Below, in pieces: positions 30,681-40,654 of a stretch of DNA of 64,000 nt. This stretch comes from a virus (taxonomy: Duplodnaviria; Caudoviricetes). The stretch is from IMG/VR virus record IMGVR_UViG_3300032007_001727. One strand, written 5' to 3'. Made by a program: the position numbers and the translations under genes. The notes beneath the pieces are model-generated. The model saw only the letters and a list, made by a program, of their open reading frames with translations. It had not been told where the DNA came from and made no database searches. Numbering within the stretch: position 1 is the stretch's first letter; every line of letters begins with the position of its first letter.

Positions 30681-31463
30681 ATGATTGAAAAGAAAGAAAA
30701 TTTAGTAGAGTTGTCAAAGAAAATCGTAGATTTCAATGAGGCCGTGATTGCCGCTTGCAAGGCAAAAGGCATCGCAGTACCAAGCGCAGAGGAAATGAGC
30801 GACTATATGCACAATTATGGCTTTGATGTCCAAGATTTCATGCAAACCATCCAAGAGCAAGAGAAGGAGATAACTCCATTCGATGAGTTTAAAAATGAGG
30901 TTATGGGCATTTGTTGGAGCGATATGCCCACGGATAAGGAAATGCTTGCCTTCTTCAATGAGAACGGCCACAATGTCCGCTTATTCATGATGCAGAGAAC
31001 CATTCAAGATTTTAATAAGATTGAGAAGGCCATATATGACGCGGTAATTAACAAGTTTAGCATCGAAGAACTTGTTGGCCTTTGGAACTTCTTTATTGAA
31101 GAAAGTGCATTGTATGGGGAAGATTCCAAAATCTATGACCTTAAAAATTCGGATTCCATCCCCATCATTGCAAACATGGGAGAAGCAGACGCAAGGAAAT
31201 TGTTTAACGATGTAATCTGCAAGGGAAAGAGATTCTTCCAATTCATTGTCAGTATTGATGTGAAAGAAGAAGATGATATTAAAGGCATCATTACGGCCTT
31301 TTGGGAGGAAATATGTGCGAGAATACTCATGTTCCCGATGGAGTATAATAATAATGTTGCTCCAAGTTCCTGCCTATTTATGGAAGTTGTGTGGCCGATA
31401 ATTACCAAAGAGGCCGGAGTTGTTATTAATTATTTTCAGAATGAATTAAAATACACCCATTAA
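30681..31463 (+). CDS. Hypothetical early protein
   Basis: Follows a cassette. Confidence 0.75.
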   Translation: MIEKKENLVELSKKIVDFNEAVIAACKAKGIAVPSAEEMSDYMHNYGFDVQDFMQTIQEQEKEITPFDEFKNEVMGICWSDMPTDKEMLAFFNENGHNVRLFMMQRTIQDFNKIEKAIYDAVINKFSIEELVGLWNFFIEESALYGEDSKIYDLKNSDSIPIIANMGEADARKLFNDVICKGKRFFQFIVSIDVKEEDDIKGIITAFWEEICARILMFPMEYNNNVAPSSCLFMEVVWPIITKEAGVVINYFQNELKYTH

Positions 31464-31478
31464 ATAATTAGATTAGAT

Positions 31479-31757
31479 ATGAAATTAAGGGACGAAATAA
31501 TCGACCACATTGACCGAGGGTTTAGGGATGTGGTGTTTTACAAAAGGGATGCCAAAGGCATATATGGGATTTTATCGGCAAAGATACATGGAAGTTCAAC
31601 TTTAACGATGATTCCGAAGATACCAAAGAATATTGTTGTTACGGCAATAGATGAGCGGCACGACAAGGTTGTCTTTCCATATGAAGATTTGGAAGTAGAA
31701 GCGGTTATAACGTGGAACAAGGCACAAAACGGATGGGCGATGAAAGCGATAGAGTGA
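31479..31757 (+). CDS. Hypothetical protein
   Basis: ORF. Confidence 0.65.
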   Translation: MKLRDEIIDHIDRGFRDVVFYKRDAKGIYGILSAKIHGSSTLTMIPKIPKNIVVTAIDERHDKVVFPYEDLEVEAVITWNKAQNGWAMKAIE

Positions 31758-32038
31758 CAAGATAAAACTTAATTTATAAAAACCTTCTTGTATGGAATTT
31801 TTCTTTCAAGAAGGTTTTTTCTTTGTTTATTTCTTGTTTTTTAAAAATATTTTATATATCTTTGCATTGACAATGTTTAATTGTCGTTCAAGGAATAAAA
31901 ACCTTTTTAAATTGAGATAAGCAAACGTTGGGGGACGTTTGCTTATTTTTTATTTGAAAATAATTGTGATTTTATTTCGGTATTTCAAAAACTTTGGGTA
32001 CTTTTGCAATGTCAAACAAATAAAAACAAATAAAGATT

Positions 32039-32305
32039 ATGGAAAAGATTTGGTTAATGACCCAAGAAAGCAAGGTGGATGGGGATATTTTCTTTAATGT
32101 CATTCCTTGCGCAACGGAAGAGGCCGCAAAGGCTGAAATGGAGAAGGAGATTCGCACCTTGATGAATAAGAGTCCTTATATCGAATATACGAATAGGTCT
32201 CTCGATTTTATCCGTGAAGAAACTGAAACCTCATACTACATTGAGGACACTTGCGATGCTTATTATGAGTACATTAGGATAGAGAAAAAGGAAATAGTAA
32301 AGTAA
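32039..32305 (+). CDS. Hypothetical early protein
   Basis: Follows a cassette. Confidence 0.7.
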   Translation: MEKIWLMTQESKVDGDIFFNVIPCATEEAAKAEMEKEIRTLMNKSPYIEYTNRSLDFIREETETSYYIEDTCDAYYEYIRIEKKEIVK

Positions 32306-32315
32306 TAATAAGATT

Positions 32316-32771
32316 ATGAGCACACCTTGTAAAATTATCATGAAAGTTCCCGAAGAATACAAGGGAACGACCATTAAGTTCAATAAATCAGCCCTTCCTA
32401 TTGAATTGAAGGAATGGTACGAGAAGGACGAAAAGACAAATGAGGTTTGGTTAGACCAAAGATGTAAGGAAAAATCACGGCCAATAAAGATTAAGGGTGA
32501 TTACATTGGCATATATTGCCATTGGGATGGCGATAAAATCGGCAAGGTATTGAAGGAACTATTCACCGACAAGAAAGCCGTATTGAACCTTATTGCCGGT
32601 GGTTTCTGCTCATTTATATGGTATGATGGTGTTAAACGCTATGCCAATAGGAATTGCGAAATGTGGAAGGACATAAAGCCAATACAAGGCTCTCGTAAAA
32701 AGGTAGAAGAGAGCATCTACGGACTCTATGAGTATGTATTTGTCAATACTTGGACTAAAAGGAAACTATGA
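32316..32771 (+). CDS. Conserved phage protein with IYCHWDG motif
   Basis: YIGIYCHWDG. Confidence 0.7.
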   Translation: MSTPCKIIMKVPEEYKGTTIKFNKSALPIELKEWYEKDEKTNEVWLDQRCKEKSRPIKIKGDYIGIYCHWDGDKIGKVLKELFTDKKAVLNLIAGGFCSFIWYDGVKRYANRNCEMWKDIKPIQGSRKKVEESIYGLYEYVFVNTWTKRKL

Positions 32772-32853
32772 AAAAATAACTTGATTTTTATTTCAGTATT
32801 TCAATTTTTTCCGGTACTTTTGCAATGTCAAACAATTTAAAGCAAATAAGATT

Positions 32854-33276
32854 ATGGGTAAACATGTTCATGTAGCAGTAAAGTATGAGGTAAGTTATGA
32901 TTCCTCATGTGGTTTTAATTGGCACAATGTGGAGTTTAAGGAATTACTCCAAGCCTTGAATGTCAGCACATACGATGCAGATGGAGAATTAACTGACGGA
33001 TTTTCCGACACATGGGAATGTCATTCGGATGAGTACAACGAGGCATTGACTTTCTTGAAGGAGCATAAGGAGGACATACGCAGCCTTGATGAGGATGGTG
33101 ATAAGCCGGAGTGTAACGGCTACGATGTCGAGTGTGAGGACATCTATGAAGCAATAATTGGCCTTGAATGCGGCAATGGCTTTGAGGATTCATACGAAGA
33201 AGTTGTTAAGATGATGGAACTATTCCAAAAACAAGCGGCAACATCGGACGGATATATGCACTTTTGTGCCTTCTGA
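32854..33276 (+). CDS. Acidic hypothetical early protein
   Basis: Follows a cassette. Confidence 0.7.
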   Translation: MGKHVHVAVKYEVSYDSSCGFNWHNVEFKELLQALNVSTYDADGELTDGFSDTWECHSDEYNEALTFLKEHKEDIRSLDEDGDKPECNGYDVECEDIYEAIIGLECGNGFEDSYEEVVKMMELFQKQAATSDGYMHFCAF

Positions 33277-33414
33277 AATAATGGTTGGGGTGAGGATTTT
33301 TATCTTCACCTCAACTTTTTTTGTTTTTATTTAAAAATAATTTGATTTTTATTTCGGTATCTCAAAGTTTCTTGGTACTTTTGTATCGTCAAACAATTTA
33401 AAATAAATAAGATT

Positions 33415-33780
33415 ATGAAGAAAGCAATCGAATTAATGAATCAGATGATTCCTATGAAGAAGGAAGTAAAAAAGACTTGTATCGCATACCTAAAGAGGGT
33501 GTTGGAGAAGTGCAATAACAATTACTTGTCCTTCTATGACGAGGATGGTGAGGCATATGGCAACAGATACGTTTCCGTCACCTATGACGGGGGAAACCAT
33601 CCGGAGTATGAAAGCAATGCCTTCAGTACCGTAAAGGGTGTTTTCATTGACAAATACGGGGACATCTGCCTTGACACAGAGGATGATGATGCCTATGCCA
33701 TTGAGAACATCAACCTTGAAGAACTCTATGACATCGCGGAGTATGTGTATGCAGACGTGGAAGAAACAATAAACCAATAA
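33415..33780 (+). CDS. Hypothetical protein (paralogue of 35301-35636)
   Basis: CI.YLKR..EK and YDGG.HPEY.SN motifs. Confidence 0.75.
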   Translation: MKKAIELMNQMIPMKKEVKKTCIAYLKRVLEKCNNNYLSFYDEDGEAYGNRYVSVTYDGGNHPEYESNAFSTVKGVFIDKYGDICLDTEDDDAYAIENINLEELYDIAEYVYADVEETINQ

Positions 33781-33923
33781 TTTAGAAGAACGTTAAATTG
33801 AGGTGGGGATTTTATCTTCACCTCTTTTTTTATTTTTAATTGAAAATAATTACATTTCTATTTCGTCAATTCAAAACTTTTGGGTACTTTTGCAATATCA
33901 AACAATTTAAAACAATAAATATT

Positions 33924-34154
33924 ATGACCTATTCACTTATAATTGAACAATATTGCGCTGATGCCAAGTATGTCAATGACATAAAGACTTGGAAGGAAGT
34001 AACCGATTTCTTGAAGAATCAGTTATCACAACTAACAACTTGTGTTCACATCTTCAAGTTTTCAAGCAACAGCAAGACCCTCGGCTCGAAGGTTGTGACA
34101 ATGGGCAACCTCTTTGATGTGTGCAATTCTCTTACGGACAAGATATTGTTATAA
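33924..34154 (+). CDS. Hypothetical early protein
   Basis: Start MTYSL. Confidence 0.6.
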   Translation: MTYSLIIEQYCADAKYVNDIKTWKEVTDFLKNQLSQLTTCVHIFKFSSNSKTLGSKVVTMGNLFDVCNSLTDKILL

Positions 34155-34174
34155 ATCAAAAACAAAATAAGACT

Positions 34175-34336
34175 ATGGCACATTATAAAGAAGAAGTTAG
34201 ATTTTCTACAAAGTTCAAGAGATTCAATGTTTTCACAACAAGTGGGGAAAACGTAGTAGTGAAAAGTGACAAGCCAATGACATTGGATGAGGCAATGTAT
34301 GAGTATAAGGCACTTGCCATTGGCGGAATAGATTAA
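34175..34336 (+). CDS. Small hypothetical protein
   Basis: Start MAHYK. Confidence 0.6.
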   Translation: MAHYKEEVRFSTKFKRFNVFTTSGENVVVKSDKPMTLDEAMYEYKALAIGGID

Positions 34337-34360
34337 ATAAACTAAAAACAAAATAAGATT

Positions 34361-34588
34361 ATGAGAAGATTAGCGATTATTGACCATGACACCCATACAT
34401 TGTATGTGGACGATGTGGATGAGAAGGAGTTAGAGGAATATTATGATGGTGATGAACAAGCCTACATCGAGGATAATTATGCCCTTCTTAATAATTACTC
34501 ATGGGATTGGGTTACAGATGGCATCTATTACAAGAAGATGTACGAAACTGGAATCGACATCGATTTTGACAAGTTAATAGAAGAATAA
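34361..34588 (+). CDS. Acidic small protein
   Basis: ORF. Confidence 0.65.
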   Translation: MRRLAIIDHDTHTLYVDDVDEKELEEYYDGDEQAYIEDNYALLNNYSWDWVTDGIYYKKMYETGIDIDFDKLIEE

Positions 34589-34614
34589 ACAATTATTAAA
34601 TAAAAAGTAAACAA

Positions 34615-34965
34615 ATGAACAAAGAATTATTAACGGTCGAGTTTCGTTATCACGTCATTCCAAAATCAGAATATGATTCCGACTTTGAGTCAAAAGAAGT
34701 TACGATTGGAGTGTATGAAACGCTCGATGAGGCTATAAAAGAAGGAAACAATGTCCTTAAAAAATTATCTTCAAGATTTAAGTTTCGTGAATCATTTGGC
34801 ACTCATAATGGCGTGTTTGGTTCTCCCACACGACTTGTTTGTGACTGCTTCAATGGCTATCCGCAAGTGTTCTGCAAAATAACGCAACTAAAATATGACA
34901 ATATAAATAATGTTGCGAACGTGGCTTTTGACAATGAGGAAAAATATCGTAAATGGTGTGTATAA
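34615..34965 (+). CDS. Hypothetical protein
   Basis: ORF. Confidence 0.7.
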   Translation: MNKELLTVEFRYHVIPKSEYDSDFESKEVTIGVYETLDEAIKEGNNVLKKLSSRFKFRESFGTHNGVFGSPTRLVCDCFNGYPQVFCKITQLKYDNINNVANVAFDNEEKYRKWCV

Positions 34966-34980
34966 GTTAAAAACAAAATT

Positions 34981-35187
34981 ATGATTGCAAGAATTACATT
35001 CCGAAGCGAAGTTTACGTTGAAGGCGATAATATCGAAGATATTGCAAGGAAATGGGAAGGTATGGAACTTTACTCCGCTGAAGCAAACAAGGGAATGGTA
35101 TCACTATCCCCGGCCGAGTTTGTTGAACTTGACAAAGTAGAAGATGAAAATTATAACGACATCACAGATGAATTTAAGAGAAAATAA
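34981..35187 (+). CDS. Acidic small protein
   Basis: ORF. Confidence 0.65.
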   Translation: MIARITFRSEVYVEGDNIEDIARKWEGMELYSAEANKGMVSLSPAEFVELDKVEDENYNDITDEFKRK

Positions 35188-35300
35188 GTGGTGGGGGAGA
35201 AATCCTCCACCTTTTTATTTAAAATAATTTGATTTTTATTTCGTCATTTCAAAACTTTTGGGTACTTTTGCAATGTCAAACAAATAAAAACAATAAGATT

Positions 35301-35636
35301 ATGGAAGAAATAATTAAACTTCAAGAAGAAATTGACAAGAAGCAATGTAAGGTTAGAAAAGGCTGTATTGAATACCTTAAAAGAGCCACCGAAAAAGTTG
35401 GTGGAACAATCTGCATGGATGATGAGGAAGACGTAGTTATGGTAGCCTATGATGGTGGACGTCACCCGGAATATGACAGCAATTTGTATTCAGCGGTAGA
35501 AAGCGTTTTTCTCAAAGATGGTAAACTCTACCTTAGCATAGAGGACTGCGATGAGTATGAGATTGACCGCGTAAGTAGCGATGAAGTCTATGCCGTTGCC
35601 TTGTTCGTTTACGGCATGCTTAACGAAAATGCCTAA
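35301..35636 (+). CDS. Hypothetical protein (paralogue of 33415-33780)
   Basis: YDGGRHPEYDSN. Confidence 0.75.
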   Translation: MEEIIKLQEEIDKKQCKVRKGCIEYLKRATEKVGGTICMDDEEDVVMVAYDGGRHPEYDSNLYSAVESVFLKDGKLYLSIEDCDEYEIDRVSSDEVYAVALFVYGMLNENA

Positions 35637-35672
35637 TAGAAATACTTTTGCAATGTCAAACAAATAAAGATT

Positions 35673-36332
35673 ATGAAAACAAAAAATGATTCAAGGACAA
35701 AGAGAAGGGTTGTCGAAACCTACAAGGGATTTGACATCATAAAGGTAATTGTTGAGTATTTTCATAAATCCTTCTACGGCTATGAGTATGATGATGATTG
35801 GGTAGATAGAAGGACTGTTTACTTTGACTTCTGCAAGGAAGGAGAGGGCAAGAAGTCAAGCCAAGCATATTCGGTATATGCAAAGAACATTTCAGATTGC
35901 AAGGAATGTATTGACAAGTTCATCGAGGATGATTCCTTGTACTTCACAGATGAGGAAGTAAGGAAGTATGTAACAAAGCCGAACCATGATTGCGGTTGGG
36001 CTTATGGGTACGACTCATTGATGAAACTCATGAAGCAGCACCAAAAGGCTGATAAGCGAATGAAACGGCTTATTGAGGATAGGCTATCCGATGCTAACTT
36101 TCATTCCGAGGCTGGTTTCCTCTCGCAAGAAGATTATGTAGGTTTCACTGATTTGGTAAGAAAAACCTACAAGTTCTGTGAGAAGTTTGAAATCTATACT
36201 GAAACAATGGGAAAGAGGATTGACAATCCCAAAGGGCTTGAAGAAGGCTTGAAGATGGTTATCAATGACTTTCTTAAAAAACGAGGCATAGAAGATACGG
36301 ACGTTAAGGTCAATTTTGTGGAAAATTGGTGA
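35673..36332 (+). CDS. Hypothetical early protein
   Basis: ORF after a partial cassette. Confidence 0.75.
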   Translation: MKTKNDSRTKRRVVETYKGFDIIKVIVEYFHKSFYGYEYDDDWVDRRTVYFDFCKEGEGKKSSQAYSVYAKNISDCKECIDKFIEDDSLYFTDEEVRKYVTKPNHDCGWAYGYDSLMKLMKQHQKADKRMKRLIEDRLSDANFHSEAGFLSQEDYVGFTDLVRKTYKFCEKFEIYTETMGKRIDNPKGLEEGLKMVINDFLKKRGIEDTDVKVNFVENW

Positions 36333-36445
36333 GTGGAGCAATCCACCACCATTTTTTTTTTTGAAAATAATTCTATTTTTATTTCGTCAATTCAAAAAGT
36401 TTTGGTACTTTTACATTGTCAAACAAATAAAAACAAATAAAGATT

Positions 36446-36760
36446 ATGAAAAGAACAACTAACATTAGGATTGAATCATTCGACCTATCACGAGAGCAGC
36501 ATGATATGGCGGTTGAAATGGTCGTGAATGACAAGCGCAAGGTAGCCTCTTACACCTTGGAAGAGGTGGATGGCGAAATGGCTAATGTATGGATTTCCGA
36601 AGCCCATTCCGAGGGCAATACAGATTATGCGGAGTTCCTTCGCAAAGCCATTGCTGAGAACGCAGAACTTTACACCCTCACAGACCATTTAGGTGGGTTT
36701 GCACAGCCTATCGGTGAGGTGGCAGCATTTCAGAAGCAGTATTTCACAATTGATATTTAA
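36446..36760 (+). CDS. Hypothetical early protein
   Basis: Follows a cassette. Confidence 0.7.
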   Translation: MKRTTNIRIESFDLSREQHDMAVEMVVNDKRKVASYTLEEVDGEMANVWISEAHSEGNTDYAEFLRKAIAENAELYTLTDHLGGFAQPIGEVAAFQKQYFTIDI

Positions 36761-36936
36761 TGGCATATGTTTACTCTATTCACATTACTTTTAATCATTT
36801 ATTGGTTATCCATATCGATAATTGAAGACGGTTTTGAATACACTTGCAAGGAGTATCTTAAAGGGTTAATTATGATGCTATTGTTTGCTATGGCCGTTGA
36901 TGGGTTCTTCATAGTAATATCACATCTGTTATAATC

Positions 36937-37374
36937 ATGGAAAAGAAAGCATTTTATAATAAGTTGTCCGGCACTCGCTATGAGATAGTGGATAGCGCAT
37001 GGATAGACAAAGATACATTCGTCATTGTCTTTCAAGATATGAAAGACATAGATGGTGACACGTTCCATTTCGAGGCTGAATACCATAAGGACGAACAAAA
37101 GGTGACATTCTGCTTGGTATATGAGAATCAAGTGTTAAGCGGAGAGGACTGCATCCCAACCTCAATAAAGAGAGAGATTGAGGAATATATGCTAAAGCAA
37201 TTAGATGTGGTCAAGGGGATGCTTATAAAGCATAATATTACGCTTGAATTGTCGCTTGACATTGACGAAAACTTGACAATGGATGAATTAAGGGCATATC
37301 TTAATACCTTGGACATAGATGTGAAGGGTTATGGTGACAAAGTGAATTGCATAGGAGTTAAACGAATAAATTAG
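36937..37374 (+). CDS. Hypothetical protein
   Basis: ORF. Confidence 0.7.
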   Translation: MEKKAFYNKLSGTRYEIVDSAWIDKDTFVIVFQDMKDIDGDTFHFEAEYHKDEQKVTFCLVYENQVLSGEDCIPTSIKREIEEYMLKQLDVVKGMLIKHNITLELSLDIDENLTMDELRAYLNTLDIDVKGYGDKVNCIGVKRIN

Positions 37375-37481
37375 GCGGATTTTATGATGATTGAAGCAAA
37401 AATAATTCTGTTTTTGTTTCGGTAATCCAAAAAGTTTGGGTACTTTTGCATTGTCAAACAATTTAAAAACAAATAAAGATT

Positions 37482-38186
37482 ATGGAATACAAAGACATTG
37501 CACCCGTTGTTAAACATGATTATGCAAAGCCATATAGGGTCAAGTACGCAAACGGAAAGACAGCCATTGTGCGCCTTTGGCTTGCATCTAACGGATTGGT
37601 AGCCAAGTTGGCTAAAGGGAGAAAGGTACACGGCTATGTGCTTGGTTATTACGACTACAAGGATTGGGTGTCGTTGAAGGCAGTGGAGAAGAAGCCGACA
37701 AGCACGTTCACCCTCATGAAGAAAAGGGCAACAGATGCCTTGAAGTATCTCACACAGAGCGGAATGTGGCCTTCAATTAAGAAGGAGATAGAACATTTCC
37801 TTTCCGATGATGCCATCATACAAGCCGTAGCCGATGCCATTGACAAGGATTCATACGAGTCTTTCTACAAGGAATGCTACGAGAACGGGAAATTCCCATG
37901 GTGTCACACCACACAAGTGTTCGAATCCTTTGCCGCCAAAAGATGTTGGCAGTCTATCCCATATCAAAGGTGGGAAAGGGAAAGGATGAACCAAAGAATA
38001 AGTAATGCCATTGAGGATAGGCAAGACTTCAGTTACCGTTGGACTAACGGCTATGACAATACAATAGAGATTAGCGGTGGCGAAGAACTAAGGGGATGGC
38101 TATCATGTGAATACAGAGGCTGCGGAAACGGACATTACTACCTTCTATTTGATGCTACCCATGCCATCTTCTACGAGGACGATTGA
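37482..38186 (+). CDS. Conserved phage protein with EYRGCGNGHYYL motif
   Basis: C-terminal EYRGCGNGHYYLL...A.FYEDD. Confidence 0.75.
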   Translation: MEYKDIAPVVKHDYAKPYRVKYANGKTAIVRLWLASNGLVAKLAKGRKVHGYVLGYYDYKDWVSLKAVEKKPTSTFTLMKKRATDALKYLTQSGMWPSIKKEIEHFLSDDAIIQAVADAIDKDSYESFYKECYENGKFPWCHTTQVFESFAAKRCWQSIPYQRWERERMNQRISNAIEDRQDFSYRWTNGYDNTIEISGGEELRGWLSCEYRGCGNGHYYLLFDATHAIFYEDD

Positions 38187-38218
38187 AAAGTAATTAAAAA
38201 TAGATTAATAATAAAAAG

Positions 38219-38491
38219 ATGAACAAAGATATTGAAAGAATAAAGGGTATTGTGCTCTCGAAAGGGAGCACAGACCCAAAAGGCGGCAGGGTGCTCAAAC
38301 TAGAGGCCGGAAAGGTTACGGTACTATCGAGGGCCAAAGAAAGACTTTATCCCGTGGCCCTGCGCGTATACCAAGAAGAATTGCAAGTGGTTTTCGTTAA
38401 TAAGAGAAAGAGATTCTTTTCCTATCCATTGCTATCACTGCAAAGTGATGCTCCTAAGTTATTCGAAAAGGTCATATCCGTCTTTTGTTAA
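38219..38491 (+). CDS. Hypothetical protein
   Basis: ORF. Confidence 0.65.
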   Translation: MNKDIERIKGIVLSKGSTDPKGGRVLKLEAGKVTVLSRAKERLYPVALRVYQEELQVVFVNKRKRFFSYPLLSLQSDAPKLFEKVISVFC

Positions 38492-38649
38492 CAAATGTTA
38501 AAATGTTGGCAAATATTTTGGATTGTCAAATATTTTATATATCTTTGCAATGTCTTGAAAAGGACGATAAAACATAATTAAAGAACTCGGTTGCGGTGGA
38601 CAACACGCCAAACTATAGTTAAGAGTTAGGGCATTTAAAAACCACCTTT

Positions 38650-38774
38650 TGGGAAGTACTAGAGGAGAACCATCTTGCAATCCTGCAAGGGTGGATGTAG
38701 ACAAATAGGTATCAAGTTTGTGCTTGATATGTCGCCTACGGGCGGCTTCGGCGGTGCAAATCCGTCCTTCCCAA
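38650..38774 (+). ncRNA. tRNA-Tyr-like non-canonical RNA, copy 1
   Basis: Acceptor TGGGAAG/CTTCCCA+A, TA, D-stem CTA/TAG with inserted hairpin, 7-bp stem TATCAAG/CTTGATA, long variable arm, T-arm GGCGG-TGCAAAT-CCGTC. Confidence 0.8.
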
Positions 38775-38831
38775 CAAATTTCTTGCGGTGGACAAGGACG
38801 GAATTAATCCGAAAAAAAACCACCTATCTTT

Positions 38832-38947
38832 TGGAAGATACCGGAGGAGAACTATCCGCAAGGGTAGATGTAGACAAACGGGTATCAAGTATGTGCTTGA
38901 TATGTCGCTTACGAGCGGCTTCGGCGGTGCAAATCCGCCTCTTCCAA
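38832..38947 (+). ncRNA. tRNA-Tyr-like non-canonical RNA, copy 2
   Basis: Acceptor TGGAAGA/TCTTCCA+A, D-stem CCG/CGG; same fold with compensatory changes. Confidence 0.8.
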
Positions 38948-38966
38948 CACTTTTGTTTGACGCGAT

Positions 38967-39012
38967 GAGGGTTCGGCTTTTCTAAATCTTTACGGCCGAA
39001 CCCTCTATTTTT
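38967..39012 (+). terminator. Terminator of the ncRNA operon
   Basis: GAGGGTTCGGC...GCCGAACCCTC followed by a T-rich run. Confidence 0.7.
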
Positions 39013-39121
39013 ATTCAACCCCAATTGAAACATATATCACACCATAAAAAAGAAGTGTGTCATAAAACACACTTCTTTCGCTTTCTGACGGCCTTTAACC
39101 ATTGGGGCAATACTTTCCCGG

Positions 39122-39319
39122 TCACTTAATTCCAAGCCTCTTACATAACGCTTCAAGCATTCTATCCTTGATGCTTGCCACCTTCCAATTCTTTTCGTCC
39201 TTTCCGATTAAGATGTCTTTGACAATGAAGGACTTTAATTCTTGTTTTGTTTTAAACCCGCATTTGCGGCAGAACGAAGCACATTCCTCAATGAACTTGT
39301 TAAACTTCTCGTCATCCAT
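39122..39319 (-). CDS. Small hypothetical protein
   Basis: MDDEKFNKF. Confidence 0.5.
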   Translation of the reverse strand: MDDEKFNKFIEECASFCRKCGFKTKQELKSFIVKDILIGKDEKNWKVASIKDRMLEALCKRLGIK

Positions 39320-39424
39320 ACACAGAAAAATATTTTTGGTTACACAATGCAAATATATCAAAAATATTTCGGTATTCCAAACTTTTGGGGTACTTTTGTG
39401 ATGTCAAATAAAATAATAACGATT

Positions 39425-39658
39425 ATGGCAATAGATATTTCGAAACTACCATTGACTCAGTTAAGGAGTTTAAGGAATTGCTGCTATAACTTGGTTATAC
39501 GCAATCTAAGACAATGTCCGGAGGGCGATGAGAAATATAGGAAGATAAGAATACTCTTGTCACAATTCTATCTTGGTATCGTTGCACAGAATGAGTTGCT
39601 TCAAGAATGTGTCGAACTCGGATGGATTAATGAAAAAAACATCACCCATTTCTTGTGA
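39425..39658 (+). CDS. Hypothetical early protein
   Basis: Start MAIDIS after a cassette. Confidence 0.65.
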   Translation: MAIDISKLPLTQLRSLRNCCYNLVIRNLRQCPEGDEKYRKIRILLSQFYLGIVAQNELLQECVELGWINEKNITHFL

Positions 39659-39695
39659 TTAAAGAATATTTTATATATCTTTGCATTGTGACAAT

Positions 39696-39769
39696 CGGGG
39701 TGTAGCGCAGTTGGTTAGCGTGCTTGTTTTGGGAACAAGTGGTCGTGTGTTCGAGTCACACTACCCCGA
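39696..39769 (+). tRNA. tRNA-Pro(UGG)
   Basis: CGGGGTG/TACCCCG acceptor, CTTGT-TT TGG GA-ACAAG anticodon arm, GTGTG-TTCGAGT-CACAC; no encoded CCA; own promoter. Confidence 0.93.
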
Positions 39770-39860
39770 CATCTGCTTGAATCTATACTTGTATTTTCTA
39801 CTACCAAATTCCAACCGGCTGTGAAGTTAGTTGGAATTTTATTTTACCCATTTCCCATAT

Positions 39861-40611
39861 AGACTTAATTAAGTACATAGAGGGGCGTACCACACCCATT
39901 CACCATTGTATCATTATTTATTATAGATTAATAATAATTTTCCCTTACAGATATTGCATATAAAAATTGTGCACCACACTTAAATTCATATGTGGTACAC
40001 AATCCGTATAGTCCATTCCATATTACCTATGGACTTAATTAAGTACATAGAGGGGACTTTGGAATGACGGATTCCATTATATCCTCCGTCCATCATCACT
40101 TAATCACAATTTGACCCTCTAGCGACAATATGTGTCTATCCTTGTGTCATAGTGCTCATATCTAATCTTTTCACCCAACAACCTAGCAACCTTCTTGCAC
40201 TCCAATACATCTTCCCATTTGCATCCCATTGTTGTCCGGTAGCAGAATCCATCACGAAGCCAATCCACTGAATAGATTTTAGTTTTTCTGACTATCTTTT
40301 TTTCATTTCCAATTATTTTTTTCATAGTTCGCTATGTTATTATATGATTATCTATTAATTTATTCATATATATTATCATTATATTATGTATGCAACTAAC
40401 TTCTAAGTCCATCATGTGGAGCGTCCATCCTTTGCCGGAGGCAATTCCCCGGAATCCTTACACCATCCACATATTTCTATATTTTTCTTCATATTCCTAT
40501 CTAATTTCATTACAAAAGTACCCAAAAGTTTTGGAATATCGAAATAAAAATCAATTTATTTTTCCTCCCCCACAAATGATAGTATTAATTCTATAGACTT
40601 AATAAAGTACA
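39861..40611. repeat. Second cluster of (GT/G)ACTTAATTAAGTAC palindromes
   Basis: At 39862, 40032 and a variant at 40596; the first two are followed by ATAGAGGGG. Confidence 0.8.
40119..40325 (-). CDS. Small hypothetical protein
   Basis: ORF downstream of a reversed cassette. Confidence 0.55.
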   Translation of the reverse strand: MKKIIGNEKKIVRKTKIYSVDWLRDGFCYRTTMGCKWEDVLECKKVARLLGEKIRYEHYDTRIDTYCR

Positions 40612-40654
40612 AGATAATAAAAAAGGGACAACCTTCCGGCTATCCCTTTTTTTC

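Noticed and set aside
38650-38947. tmRNA, tRNA-Sec or simple pseudo-tRNAs
   Set aside because: No G3:U70 pair or tag ORF, no UCA anticodon, and compensatory changes argue against decay.
38498-39033. Short ORFs over the ncRNA locus
   Set aside because: The variation pattern preserves base pairing rather than reading frame.
22200-40560. CRISPR array from the recurring ~65-bp repeat
   Set aside because: The spacers are whole genes of variable length, the repeat contains a promoter consensus, and no cas genes are present.
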